Assembly (NCBI GenBank): GCA_019058365.1
Contig: JAHPZE010000005.1
Coordinates: forward strand, 160,001-224,000
Length of the DNA: 64,000 nt
Reading direction: 5' to 3'
DNA from: Promethearchaeota archaeon
GTDB taxonomy: Archaea > Asgardarchaeota > Lokiarchaeia > Sigyniarchaeales > SOKP01
Positions 1 through 10,358 of this stretch are shown here, in pieces. The notes beneath the pieces were generated by a model. That model worked only from the letters and a program-made list of their open reading frames with translations, ran no database searches and was not told where the DNA came from. How positions within the stretch are numbered: the stretch's first letter is position 1; each line of letters begins with the position of its first letter. A program made the position numbers and the translations under genes.

Positions 1-585
1 CATATTTTCTTTTAGGAATCTAATGAATTTAATCCAAGCCAATCCTCTATGAGATATGCTATTTTTTTCTTCAGTTGTTAATTCCGCAAATGTCATACTG
101 GGCATAACATTAGGTAAAAAAACAGGATCAAATCCAAAACCACCTGAACCTCTTATTGTTCGTGAGATTTTCCCTTGAATCTTCCCTTCAAAAAAGTAGT
201 TTTTGTTATGGGGTTTAAAATAAAGAGCTATAACTGAAGTAAAATGAGCTTCAGTATTCTCAAAATCATCTATCAATCTCAATAATCCTTTATTACCAAT
301 GGTTTTCATAATGTAGGAAGAATAAACTCCCGGGAAACCATTTAGGGGTGTATCAACAAAAAATCCAGCATCTTCTACGAAATATGTTCCATCTATTTGG
401 CCTTTTATGCTATTTAATTTAAATGAAGCCACTTCTTTTATATTGATTGCCTGGATTTCTATTGTTTTAATATTATTTTGTTTTAAATTATATTTTACAT
501 GTTCTTTTGAGAAAAGATCCAAAATCTCGTTAAATTTATACCCATTTCCAGTTACAAAATAGATCATATTTTCTTCTTGTTTCAT
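1..585 (-). CDS. rdgB: RdgB/HAM1 non-canonical purine NTP pyrophosphatase (3' end runs off window)
   Basis: Manual translation from ATG at 585: IYFVTGNGYKF...FVEDAGFFV..LNGFPGVYS...GSGGFGFDPVF...SISHRG; not in the ORF track. Confidence 0.93.
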   Translation of the reverse strand, partial: MKQEENMIYFVTGNGYKFNEILDLFSKEHVKYNLKQNNIKTIEIQAINIKEVASFKLNSIKGQIDGTYFVEDAGFFVDTPLNGFPGVYSSYIMKTIGNKGLLRLIDDFENTEAHFTSVIALYFKPHNKNYFFEGKIQGKISRTIRGSGGFGFDPVFLPNVMPSMTFAELTTEEKNSISHRGLAWIKFIRFLKENM

Positions 586-767
586 AATTATTATAATTTT
601 AAATAATTAATAATCAAAACTAATTGAGCAAGCAAGATTATATTGGATTTGTCTTTTACAACAACAAAATTACAAAATTTTATTTTGTATATTTCTTTAA
701 TTATTTTAAATCGTTATATTTTTAATCTCAATATTAATCTGTAAAACACAGGAGAATTAAAAAAGAA

Positions 768-1226
768 ATGGCCCGGATGCACAGTAGAAAAAAGGGGAGT
801 AGTGGGTCAACTAGACCTGCCAGATTGGAGAAACCAGAATGGATAGAACTCGCACCAGAGGAAGTTGAAAGCGAAGTAGTTAAACTGGCAAGAAGAGGAC
901 ACTCAAAATCTATGATCGGAACAATAATGAGAGATTCTCGGGGTGTACCGCTAGTTAAAGTTGTAGCTGGTAAAAAAATTAGTCAGATTCTCAAAGAAAA
1001 TGAGATTGATACACCTTTGCCAGAAGAATTAGCAAATTTAGTACGAAAAGCCTTAGCTATAAGAAAACATCTCGAGTCAAATCATAAAGACTTAGAAGCG
1101 AAAAAAGGTCTTAATAGAACAGAATCGAAAATCTACCGATTAATAAAATACTACAAAAAGAAAAAGATAATGCCTCAAGATTTCAAATACGACGTTGAAA
1201 AGATAAGAACATTAGTAGCAAGATAA
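768..1226 (+). CDS. rps15: 30S ribosomal protein uS15 (S15P/S13e)
   Basis: MARMHSRKKGSSGS N-terminus; HLESNHKD..ESKIYRLIKYYK. Confidence 0.97.
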   Translation: MARMHSRKKGSSGSTRPARLEKPEWIELAPEEVESEVVKLARRGHSKSMIGTIMRDSRGVPLVKVVAGKKISQILKENEIDTPLPEELANLVRKALAIRKHLESNHKDLEAKKGLNRTESKIYRLIKYYKKKKIMPQDFKYDVEKIRTLVAR

Positions 1227-1240
1227 ATGGAGGATTTAAA

Positions 1241-2056
1241 GTGAGTTCAAAAGCAAGGAAAAAAAAAGTAAAAACAAAGAAAGTTACTTTCAAAGATAAA
1301 AACTGGTACTCTGTTGTAGCCAGTAAGAACTTTAACTTTAAACCTATTGGTGAAGTTATTGGTTTGGAAGATAATTTGATTGGAAGAACCCTAGAGACTT
1401 TATTATATGATTTTACGGGAAAATATTCTGATATAAGTTTAAAGTTAAAATTTCAAATTACAGATATCCATGAAGAAGCGAAAAAATGTAATACCGTATT
1501 CCAAGGTCATAGTTACACAAACGATTTTATTCGATCCCTTATTGGAAGGGGGAGCACAAAAATCCAGACGATAAAAAATTTAACAACAAAGGATGGATAT
1601 ATTTTTCGAATTACGATGTTATGTACTACTATAAAGAGAGCTAGAAGTAGTCAACAGATATTAATTAGAAAAATAATGAGAGAGATATTAGCAGAGTTCG
1701 CAAAAAGTTTAAATCATGAAAAATTTATTGCTGGAATCATTTTCGGTGAGTTTCAAAATCAAATTCAACGTGTTGCAAAAACAATATATCCATTATCCAA
1801 CGCCGTCTTAATTAAGAGCAAATTAGTTTCAATGCCTGAAGGAGGGAAGGATAAGGAAATTCCCGATGACCAATTTGAGATTGTAGAAGTTGATGTTAAA
1901 AGATCTAGAAAATCAGAAATTAAAAGATCTGAAAGAATTAACGTAAAAAAGTTAGCACAATCTTCAAATAGAACTCGAAGCGATAGTTCACAAGGGTTGG
2001 ACTCCCCTACAGAAGAAATTGATGATGAAGAATCGGAAGAACCTAGCCTTGAATAA
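1241..2056 (+). CDS. rps3ae: 30S ribosomal protein eS1 (S3Ae), with acidic low-complexity C-terminal extension
   Basis: KNWYSVVA, GRTLETLL, IYPL motifs; follows uS15 as is usual in archaea; GGAGG upstream of GTG start. Confidence 0.93.
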   Translation: MSSKARKKKVKTKKVTFKDKNWYSVVASKNFNFKPIGEVIGLEDNLIGRTLETLLYDFTGKYSDISLKLKFQITDIHEEAKKCNTVFQGHSYTNDFIRSLIGRGSTKIQTIKNLTTKDGYIFRITMLCTTIKRARSSQQILIRKIMREILAEFAKSLNHEKFIAGIIFGEFQNQIQRVAKTIYPLSNAVLIKSKLVSMPEGGKDKEIPDDQFEIVEVDVKRSRKSEIKRSERINVKKLAQSSNRTRSDSSQGLDSPTEEIDDEESEEPSLE

Positions 2057-2199
2057 TAATTTTTTTATATTTATACATAAGAAGCTTATTAATTTTTGAG
2101 AAAGAAGGTTTAATTTATGAAGATTAATCCATTAATTACATATATTAAGAATATTTTTTAAAATCCAAGTAATAAGTGTCTTATAATTAACTCTAATAA

Positions 2200-3957
2200 G
2201 TGGTAAATTTGTCTGCTCAAGAAGGAAATCGGAATAATCCATACGCTTTTGATGATTTTTTATTTGTTAGGAATCATTTTAATTATTATGAAGATGATGA
2301 GTTTCTACAAACTCTTGTTAAAAAATATGCCCCTATAGATGAGTATGCTAAAATTGATAGAGATCTTCGAGCTCTTTCAGATTATGTTTCGTTTAGATTT
2401 CGAAATCTTGCTGATAAAGCGAATGAACTTGAAAATAGGGTAAAAGTTACAAAGCTGAAACATTATGATGCTCATAATCATAGGATAGACCGCATTGAAC
2501 GATGTTTAGAGACTGAAATTTTAGAACGTGAAGTTTTCAGTCTTGGACTTTTTGATCCCGCGAGAAATACAGCATGGAGTAGATTTTTTAAAATGTTTTT
2601 GTTATATGAAAACGGAGAAGCAGGAGTTATGTGTCCTGTTGCATGTACCCATGGAGCTGTTGAACTGATGCAAAAATATGAAGATACTTTGAGTTCTGAA
2701 GCAAAAAATATCCTTACTTCCATTAGAGATGGTGCAAATGGTGAATACAGTTTAGGATCCCAATTTGTTAGTGAAATTCAGGGAGGAAGCGATGTGCCCG
2801 CGAACTTAGTTGAAGCTATATTTGAAGAAGAAGAAGGTCCAGATGGTTGTTCAAATGTGTGGCGTCTTTATGGTCAGAAGTTTTTTTGTTCTGCAATACA
2901 AGCAGATCATCAAATAGTAACTGCAAAACCCAAAGGAACTCAATCATCAACAAGAGTAGCAGCATTTGCTGTTCCTGCTTGGCTTCCAGGGAATAAAGAA
3001 AAAGAAATAAGAAATTCCTACACAATTGATAGACTTAAACAGAAATTAGGAACTGCTGAACTACCAACAGCAGAAATTACTTATAATGGTACTATAGCAT
3101 ACCCTGTAGGACCACTCGAAATGGGTCTTGCTGATATAGTTGGGATTGTTCTTTCTTTATCGAGACTCCATGTTGCTTTTGGAATGGCCTCAGGAGCGCT
3201 GCGAGTAGCAAGAGAAGCGATATTATATTCACAATTTAGAACTGCCTTTGATGTACCTATATCTTCCTTTCCAATGATGATAAATCAAATAAATGATTTA
3301 GATTATTATGCAAAAAGAACTGTTGCTGGTACTTTCAAAATCTATTATGAATACATTCATTTTAAAGAACATTTAGTTAGTGGGATTAGAGATTTAGAAA
3401 AGATTGAAAATCTTGAGGAGCGTAAACGCCGATTTAGATTACGTGAATTGATTATGCTCCAAAAAATCGTTGTAGCTGATGAAGCACCGAAAATGATAAG
3501 AAAAGCAATTTCCTTTTATGGGGGACATGGTATAATGGAAGATTTCTTATCATCGCCACGATTGCATCGCGATTCTATGATTATGGAATTGTGGGAAGGG
3601 CCAAGAAATGTACTTCTCACTCAAATTCATCGAGATTTCTCAAGAGTAAAAGATTGGTATCCTGCTGATGATTTTTGTAGAGATTTACTTATGGGGAGAG
3701 ATTCAGATCTTATTGAAGATTATGCATCAGTGTTTACCAGATTAATGTCTCATGACAGTCTTCTAAGAAATGATGAAGAAACTTTAAAAATTTGTCAAAA
3801 TTGGGAGGATTTTTCAAATAAACTCTTCATTGCATTTCAAGAACAAGCATTGATGGAACTTAATTATACTGGTAAACCATTAAAATTTTCGAGACTATTA
3901 CGAAAACTTAGAAAAAGAGATCTACCAAAAATGCTAGAAAAAATAAAAATTCAATGA
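2200..3957 (+). CDS. Acyl-CoA dehydrogenase family protein (AidB-like)
   Basis: CPVACT, SEIQGGSDV, WRLYGQKFFCS, RLKQKLGT, GGHG..E, ELWEGPRNV motifs. Confidence 0.9.
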   Translation: MVNLSAQEGNRNNPYAFDDFLFVRNHFNYYEDDEFLQTLVKKYAPIDEYAKIDRDLRALSDYVSFRFRNLADKANELENRVKVTKLKHYDAHNHRIDRIERCLETEILEREVFSLGLFDPARNTAWSRFFKMFLLYENGEAGVMCPVACTHGAVELMQKYEDTLSSEAKNILTSIRDGANGEYSLGSQFVSEIQGGSDVPANLVEAIFEEEEGPDGCSNVWRLYGQKFFCSAIQADHQIVTAKPKGTQSSTRVAAFAVPAWLPGNKEKEIRNSYTIDRLKQKLGTAELPTAEITYNGTIAYPVGPLEMGLADIVGIVLSLSRLHVAFGMASGALRVAREAILYSQFRTAFDVPISSFPMMINQINDLDYYAKRTVAGTFKIYYEYIHFKEHLVSGIRDLEKIENLEERKRRFRLRELIMLQKIVVADEAPKMIRKAISFYGGHGIMEDFLSSPRLHRDSMIMELWEGPRNVLLTQIHRDFSRVKDWYPADDFCRDLLMGRDSDLIEDYASVFTRLMSHDSLLRNDEETLKICQNWEDFSNKLFIAFQEQALMELNYTGKPLKFSRLLRKLRKRDLPKMLEKIKIQ

Positions 3958-3980
3958 GAAATAGAGAGATATAGAAAAAA

Positions 3981-4225
3981 ATTATATTTATCAATTCCAT
4001 TGTCGAAATATTCTTTAATTAAATCTTCTTTATACCCTACAATAAGTAAGATTTCTTCTATTCCAGCATCCTTTAAACCTTAATAGAATGTTCAAGTAAT
4101 GGTTTTTCAGCAATAGGTATTAATGGCTTAGGGCGAGTTGATGTAATAGGTCTTAACCTATTTCCTTCTCCCGCAGCAAGAATAACAGCTTTCTTGATTA
4201 TTTATAAAAAAAGAGCATTATTCAT
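3981..4225 (-). pseudogene. N-terminal remnant of a sugar-phosphate nucleotidyltransferase (GlmU/RmlA-like)
   Basis: Manual translation: [47 protein letters not shown], then a frameshift near 4080, then [28 protein letters not shown]; rest of gene missing. Confidence 0.85.
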
Positions 4226-4236
4226 ATTTTAGGAGA

Positions 4237-5130
4237 TTAATTTATTTGGTCAAATCCTTTTACAACTTCATCAAGATAATATTTTAAATGTTTAAATGGT
4301 CTTAAATCTCCTGAAAATTCATTTTTAAAAGCCGAATCTAAAGCCATTTTTGACTTAAGTTGTTTAAAGACCGATTTTATTTTATAAAAATTACCAGTAG
4401 CTATGAAATCTATTGAATAACCATGAATATTTCCAAATAATATAACTTTTTTACTATTATGAGTTTCATCGTCGGTAGTATCATCTAAATGAATCTCTTT
4501 TATTTTTGTTTTAGCACGGATTTGGGTGTTCATAGAAATAGTTGCTAGTTTCGCTGAAAGATCTGAGCTAAATAATTCTATATTTTCAAAAGTTTTTTCT
4601 TTTTGTAAAGTACTCAATAGATTATTATCATATAACTGAGAAATAATTGGTAATCCTTGAGCAGAAATACCAGCATATAATATTGCATTTCCTCCATTAT
4701 TATTATCTTTATCATAAATAATTTCTTCTTCTAAAAGATCTAAATACTTGTCTTTTAAATACTCTATTATAAGATTAATAACTTGATTAAACGTAGGTTC
4801 TTCTGAAGTAAATTTTAACCGAGCAAGATCCTTGTATTGAGTTTTTACTTGATTGCGAAATTCTTTTAACATTTTAAAAGATTCCTGTGATCCTACGCTA
4901 AAATTACCTACACAACAAAAGAATAAATTTTGACCTGCGTTTGTAATAACGTGCTCAACGATAATGTGTTCTTTTTTTTTCTTACTTTTCAAACATATGT
5001 TTTTTAGTCGCCATCTAAAAAATTTCATGAGTTTTTCTACAAATAATACTATTTCGAATGCTTTGTATTTATTTTCATCTGAACAATATAGAACATCATT
5101 CTCTAAGATAATACTGAAAGAAGAGATCAT
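4237..5130 (-). CDS. Asgard hypothetical protein, probably tandem longin-like domains
   Basis: Two beta-beta-alpha-beta-beta-beta-alpha-like units (SFSIILENDVLY...; LYAGISAQGLPIIS...); fold inferred. Confidence 0.5.
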   Translation of the reverse strand: MISSFSIILENDVLYCSDENKYKAFEIVLFVEKLMKFFRWRLKNICLKSKKKKEHIIVEHVITNAGQNLFFCCVGNFSVGSQESFKMLKEFRNQVKTQYKDLARLKFTSEEPTFNQVINLIIEYLKDKYLDLLEEEIIYDKDNNNGGNAILYAGISAQGLPIISQLYDNNLLSTLQKEKTFENIELFSSDLSAKLATISMNTQIRAKTKIKEIHLDDTTDDETHNSKKVILFGNIHGYSIDFIATGNFYKIKSVFKQLKSKMALDSAFKNEFSGDLRPFKHLKYYLDEVVKGFDQIN

Positions 5131-5313
5131 GTAGAAAAACTTTAAGAAGTTAGCTTTTATGAATGTTAGAATTATTGAATATATTAATTTTTTTTGATTT
5201 CATGTAAAAAAAAATAAGTAAATTCTAGAAGATTGTATTAATTTAATCTATAAGTATAAATTTTATTAAAATTAAATACATTAACATCTTAAACATTATC
5301 ATTCAAATTAAAA

Positions 5314-6114
5314 ATGGATTCATTAGAACAGATAGAAAGAGAAAGTATTACTAAAGCTGCTGAATTACTCTTAAATTCTAAAAATGCAGTAGTATTAACT
5401 GGTGCGGGAATTTCAACAGAATCGGGAATTCCTGATTTTAGAGGAGAAAGTGGAATTTGGATGAAATATAAACCCAAAATTTATGGAAGTATACAGTCGT
5501 TTTTAAAAGATCCATCAAAATTTTGGAAAATGGCTGAAGATATTGCACCAACTTTATTCAGCGCAGAACCAAATCCTGGTCATTATGCAATTGCTGCTCT
5601 AGAGAAAATGAATATACTTAAAGCAATAATTACACAAAATATAGATGAATTACACCAAAAAGCAGGATCTATTATTATATATGAAGTGCATGGTAATATA
5701 AATAGATTTACTTGTTTAGGATGTCGCGCGAGTTATAATAAAGAACAAATAGTACGTAAGATAAAAAAGGAGAAAAATCCTGCATGTGATTATTGTGCAG
5801 CACCTTTAAAACCTTCAGTAGTATTATTTGGAGAAAATCTGCCTAATTTTGAAAAATATATGTCAATAGATTTAGCTAAGAAAGCAGATATTATGCTAAT
5901 AGCAGGATCGTCACTTACTGTGGCACCAGTATGTGATTTACCTCTTTATACTTTAAGTGAAGGAGGAAAATTAATAATTGTTAACGATCAACCAACCTAT
6001 TTAGATGATCGTGCTGAAATTGTGATCAATCATAAAACTGGAATTATTTTACCATTAATCGTGAAAGAAATTAAGAAAATTAAAGTAGAGCATGAATCTG
6101 AAACTGATATTTAA
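5314..6114 (+). CDS. cobB: NAD-dependent protein deacylase (sirtuin)
   Basis: TGAGISTESGIPDFRG, ITQNIDELH, EVHG, CxxC...CxxC, LKPSVVLFGE, GSSL. Confidence 0.96.
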   Translation: MDSLEQIERESITKAAELLLNSKNAVVLTGAGISTESGIPDFRGESGIWMKYKPKIYGSIQSFLKDPSKFWKMAEDIAPTLFSAEPNPGHYAIAALEKMNILKAIITQNIDELHQKAGSIIIYEVHGNINRFTCLGCRASYNKEQIVRKIKKEKNPACDYCAAPLKPSVVLFGENLPNFEKYMSIDLAKKADIMLIAGSSLTVAPVCDLPLYTLSEGGKLIIVNDQPTYLDDRAEIVINHKTGIILPLIVKEIKKIKVEHESETDI

Positions 6115-6151
6115 CCAATTTTTATAAAATTAGTTTTTAAAGTTTTTTTAT

Positions 6152-7741
6152 ATGATTACAGAGAATGTTATTATTAAGGATTGGCGCAAAATTGATATTT
6201 CTTTCGGATTAATTTACCCAAATAAATATACACTTGGTATGTCTTCATATTCTATTAGACTTCTTTATTTCTTAATAAATTCTTTTGATAATATTGCCTG
6301 TGAACGGATTTTCCTTCCGGATAATTTATACATAAAATTTCCTGCTTCTAAAGATTATTCTTCAAAGAATAATTTGAGATCCCTTGAAAATAAAGTATTA
6401 CCAGAAGATTTTGATATTTTAGGATTTTCATTGCATTTTGAAAATGATTTTAAAAATGTATTATGGATCTTAGAAAAAGCAGAGATTCCCATAACTTTTC
6501 AGGAACGTCTAAAAATGATCAGTAAAGATAAAGCTCAATTTCCATTATTAATAGCCGGAGGTCCGGTAGTAACCTCAAATCCAATTCCATTGAGTAAATT
6601 CTTTGACATTTTATTTATCGGGGATTCAGAGCAAAATTTGAAATATTTCTTTGATTTGTATCAAGTTTATAATATTCAAAAAATACAATTTAAAGAATTT
6701 TTAGAAAGAGCAAAAAATATAGAAGGGCTTTTTATTCCTGCTCTTCAAAATAATGCAAAAAGAGTTATACTCAAAAATCTTGATGATTCACCTACACCTA
6801 TTTTTCAATTAATTTCTAATCAATCTAGTGTAGAATCTATTTTTGAAAATTATTTTTTTATAGAAATAAACCGTGGTTGTCCATTTAAGTGTAAATTTTG
6901 CATCTCTTCTTTTCATAATCATCCATTCCGGAACAGAAGTTATGAAAACATAATTAATTCTATTCAAAAAAGTATAAAATATTCTAAATTTGAAACAATT
7001 AGTCTTATAGGATCTTGTGTATCATCACATCCTAAATTTGAGCAAATTTGTGAATATATAATAGATAATGGTAAAAGATTAGCTGTTCCTTCAATTCGAG
7101 TAGAACATTTAACTCAAAATATAATTACCATATTTGAAAAAGCGGAAATTAAGACAATCACAATTGCACCAGAAGCTGGTTCAGAAAGATTAAGATATAA
7201 TCTTGGAAAAAAAATCGCAAATGAAAAAATCCTTTCAATTTTGGCTCAAATTAAAGATTCTCAAATCAAAAATGTAAAATTTTATTTTCTAATAGGATTA
7301 CCTAATGAAAAAGATGAAGACATTGATGCAATAATTAATTTATTAAAATCAATAAATCGATTAGGTTTTAGAAAGAATTCATTAAGAGTAAATATTAACC
7401 CGTTTATTCCAAAACTTAACACCCCTTACGAAAAAGAGACAACCTTCTACTTGGATGAAAATTTACCCAAATTAACAAAGAAATATCAAAAATTGGATAA
7501 GGAACTTAAAAACATAGAGTCAATAAAGTTGAGGTTTAAAAATTTCAAATCAATTATTAAAAATGCTAGACTTCAAGCAATGATTTCTTTAGGAAATAAA
7601 CAGGTTTCTGATTTACTTTTAGAGTATTATAAAGATGGAGCCACTTTTAGTACTCTACAAAAAGCAGAAAAAGAATTAAAGTTCTCTCTAAATGATTATC
7701 TATTAAAAATTAAAGAATGCTATAGTCCTTGGATTATATAA
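6152..7741 (+). CDS. B12-binding-like radical SAM protein
   Basis: RGCPFKCKFC (CxxxCxxC), IAGGP..TSNP, TIAPEAGSERLR, FLIGLP. Confidence 0.88.
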   Translation: MITENVIIKDWRKIDISFGLIYPNKYTLGMSSYSIRLLYFLINSFDNIACERIFLPDNLYIKFPASKDYSSKNNLRSLENKVLPEDFDILGFSLHFENDFKNVLWILEKAEIPITFQERLKMISKDKAQFPLLIAGGPVVTSNPIPLSKFFDILFIGDSEQNLKYFFDLYQVYNIQKIQFKEFLERAKNIEGLFIPALQNNAKRVILKNLDDSPTPIFQLISNQSSVESIFENYFFIEINRGCPFKCKFCISSFHNHPFRNRSYENIINSIQKSIKYSKFETISLIGSCVSSHPKFEQICEYIIDNGKRLAVPSIRVEHLTQNIITIFEKAEIKTITIAPEAGSERLRYNLGKKIANEKILSILAQIKDSQIKNVKFYFLIGLPNEKDEDIDAIINLLKSINRLGFRKNSLRVNINPFIPKLNTPYEKETTFYLDENLPKLTKKYQKLDKELKNIESIKLRFKNFKSIIKNARLQAMISLGNKQVSDLLLEYYKDGATFSTLQKAEKELKFSLNDYLLKIKECYSPWII

Positions 7742-7777
7742 AATAATGAGATTTAAAATATAAAATTTAAAAAAAAA

Positions 7778-8281
7778 TTAAGTAATTTGTCTAAAAACCT
7801 TTTTTGCTGCTCCACAAACTGGGCAATTATCAGGTGGATCTCCTTCATGAGTATATCCACAAATAGGACATATGTATACGTCTTTTTTCTCTAAATCCTT
7901 GCCATTCTCAACTGCTCCAAGAGCAGTAGAATATAATTTGTGGTGAACTTTTTCTACTTCGTTAGCATAAGTAAATGTTCTTTCTGCATCCTTGTTTCCT
8001 TCTTTTTTGGCTGCTTCAAGAAACTCAGGATACATTTTTGTAAATTCATAATGCTCCCCTTCTATAGCAGCTTGTACATTTTCTTTTGTTGATTTAATTC
8101 CACCAAGGACTTTAAGATGATTATGGGCATGAACCGTTTCTGCGGCAGCAGCAGCTCTAAAGACTTTTGCTATTTGAGGAAACCCTTCTTGATCTGCCTT
8201 TTGAGCAAAAGCTAAATATTTACGGTTTGCTTGTGATTCCCCTGCAAATGCTTCTTTTAAACCTTCTTCTGTTTTTGACAT
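7778..8281 (-). CDS. rbr: Rubrerythrin
   Basis: AFAGESQANRKY, ETVHA, EKVH; C-terminal CPICGY...CPVCGA. Confidence 0.96.
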   Translation of the reverse strand: MSKTEEGLKEAFAGESQANRKYLAFAQKADQEGFPQIAKVFRAAAAAETVHAHNHLKVLGGIKSTKENVQAAIEGEHYEFTKMYPEFLEAAKKEGNKDAERTFTYANEVEKVHHKLYSTALGAVENGKDLEKKDVYICPICGYTHEGDPPDNCPVCGAAKKVFRQIT

Positions 8282-8441
8282 GTTATATTCACATTACATT
8301 TTACTTTAAAATTATATTAGGAGATTTTTTAACTTAGTCTTTATAAATCATAAATTTGAAACTTAATCTAAGATTTCTAAATTGTGATAAAGATTTTTAA
8401 ATTTAAATAATTCGACAAAAGATTTTAACCTTAAAATCCAA

Positions 8442-9242
8442 TTAATCTAAAAGGATTTTTTTAACAGCATTTACGATGCGAGTTAAATAATGTTCGGCCA
8501 TTCCAAATTTAATATGTGAATGAAAAACCAATATGATGAAATATTTACTCTGAACATATTCTGAAAATATGAATCTTTTATCTTTTAATGTATAAAAGAG
8601 CTTTAAAATGGAATTATTATGAATTTTAACACGAAATTCAACTTCTTTTAAAAAATTCTTCAAATCTAATTTGTTATAGGAAGAATATATTACCTTTCCT
8701 CTGTCAGTTAAAAGAATAGTCCCATCAATTTCGTCAAATCCAGTAACTTTTTTCATATATTCTATAATTTGCTCTTCAATCTTTGAATTGAACTCACTAC
8801 TAAATGTATCAGCAATAATTTCTTCAATAACGCCATTTAATTCAACGTCAAATACGATTTGTTTATCTATATTTATGTTCTTTTTACTCATATAGATAGA
8901 AAGTCGTTTATTAATTTTTGAAATTGCATCCTCCAAAAAATTTTCATTTTCAATTGTATCACATAAAATATTATAATTTAAAAGACCTTTTTCAAAAATT
9001 ACAAATTTTACATCACCCATTTCTAATGTTTTGAATTTTTTTCCAATCATTTCTTTAGAAAAGGACATTAAAGCTGTGATGAAGGGAGAGACAAGATTTT
9101 TCTCAACCTTAAAATAATCTGTAAAATTTTTACCATAAAAGCACACTCCAGATCTATTAAATATAAATAGATTGTGAATGTTTGTATTATCAAAAGATCT
9201 CTTAATTATTGACGACAAGGGTAGTTTGTCTTGTATTCCCAT
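8442..9242 (-). CDS. Longin-like plus roadblock/profilin-like two-domain Asgard protein
   Basis: IHNLFIFNRSGVCFY...LVSPFITALMSFSKEM (longin pattern); second module IDGTILLTDRGKVIYSS. Confidence 0.55.
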   Translation of the reverse strand: MGIQDKLPLSSIIKRSFDNTNIHNLFIFNRSGVCFYGKNFTDYFKVEKNLVSPFITALMSFSKEMIGKKFKTLEMGDVKFVIFEKGLLNYNILCDTIENENFLEDAISKINKRLSIYMSKKNINIDKQIVFDVELNGVIEEIIADTFSSEFNSKIEEQIIEYMKKVTGFDEIDGTILLTDRGKVIYSSYNKLDLKNFLKEVEFRVKIHNNSILKLFYTLKDKRFIFSEYVQSKYFIILVFHSHIKFGMAEHYLTRIVNAVKKILLD

Positions 9243-9299
9243 GATAAAGTATTAAAAAATAACTATAAAAAGCACTGACTTTTCAGTTTTATGCCAATT

Positions 9300-10319
9300 T
9301 TAAAAATTAATATTATCTAACTCGTCTGTCCAGGTTTGAACACCTTTAAAATTTAATTTTACTGGTAGTAGTTGAAACCCTTCCTTAATTATTTTTTTTT
9401 TTAATATGTATTCAGATCCTATTCCAGCTAAGATCGTAGCAGATCCGCCCCCTCCAGCACCATTTAATTTGAATCCTATAGCTCCATTTTTTTCTGCGAG
9501 CTTTTCTATTTTTTTAATAGTCGGACTAACCATAAGAGGATGTAAATTCTTTTGAGCATCCCAATTCTTATTCATAACCTTTCCCATTAATTCAAGATTC
9601 TTTGAATTAATTGCCTTTTCCATTTCATATGCACAATTTTTTATGATTTCTAAAGATTTTAATGTAGATTTATCACCTTGTCTGTAATTACTTATTACAG
9701 CTTTATGCATTATATTTGAACTTCTTGAATTTAAATAAACTAAAATCAATTGATTTTCAAGTTCCCAACGTCTATCTTCATTAATATCCAGCGGAGATAC
9801 TTTTACGGAAGGATAATCAATCTCCATAAGGTTTACGCCACCATAAGCTGCAGCATACTGATCTTGAACTCCACTTTCTAACTTTAATTCATCAATCTCA
9901 AGTTTATGAGCTAATTCTGCAACTTTTCCTTGCTTTAAGTCTTTATGTGAAAAACGAGCTAATGCAGCAATTAAAGCTACAGCCACACTAGCACTTGTTC
10001 CTGTTCCACAACCAGGAGGAGCTTCTGCTTTAACATAAATGTCTATACCTTTCTCAATATCCATTCTTTTTATTGCTGCTTTTAACAAATCAAGATTACC
10101 ATCATACTTTATATTATGAAAATCTTGGAGTTCTGTATGTAAATTAAGATTCTCTGAAAAAATATTGATTCTATTTGATGAATTTGGGAAAATCCTAACA
10201 TAACTACATAGATCAATACAAATGGTAAAAACAGCACCGTTTGGATAAAACCACGTGTCAGTCCAGCCTCCAATATCACATATTCGGACTGGAGCTTTTG
10301 AGTAGATTACATTTTTCAA
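9300..10319 (-). CDS. GHMP kinase (HddA-like sugar kinase)
   Basis: KAPVRICDIGGWTD, PPGCGTGTSAS, GVQDQYAAAYGG, KLNGAGGGG. Confidence 0.9.
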   Translation of the reverse strand: MKNVIYSKAPVRICDIGGWTDTWFYPNGAVFTICIDLCSYVRIFPNSSNRINIFSENLNLHTELQDFHNIKYDGNLDLLKAAIKRMDIEKGIDIYVKAEAPPGCGTGTSASVAVALIAALARFSHKDLKQGKVAELAHKLEIDELKLESGVQDQYAAAYGGVNLMEIDYPSVKVSPLDINEDRRWELENQLILVYLNSRSSNIMHKAVISNYRQGDKSTLKSLEIIKNCAYEMEKAINSKNLELMGKVMNKNWDAQKNLHPLMVSPTIKKIEKLAEKNGAIGFKLNGAGGGGSATILAGIGSEYILKKKIIKEGFQLLPVKLNFKGVQTWTDELDNINF

Positions 10320-10358
10320 TTTTTTTCGTAATTTTAAATTTAATTTCGAGATTAAAAA

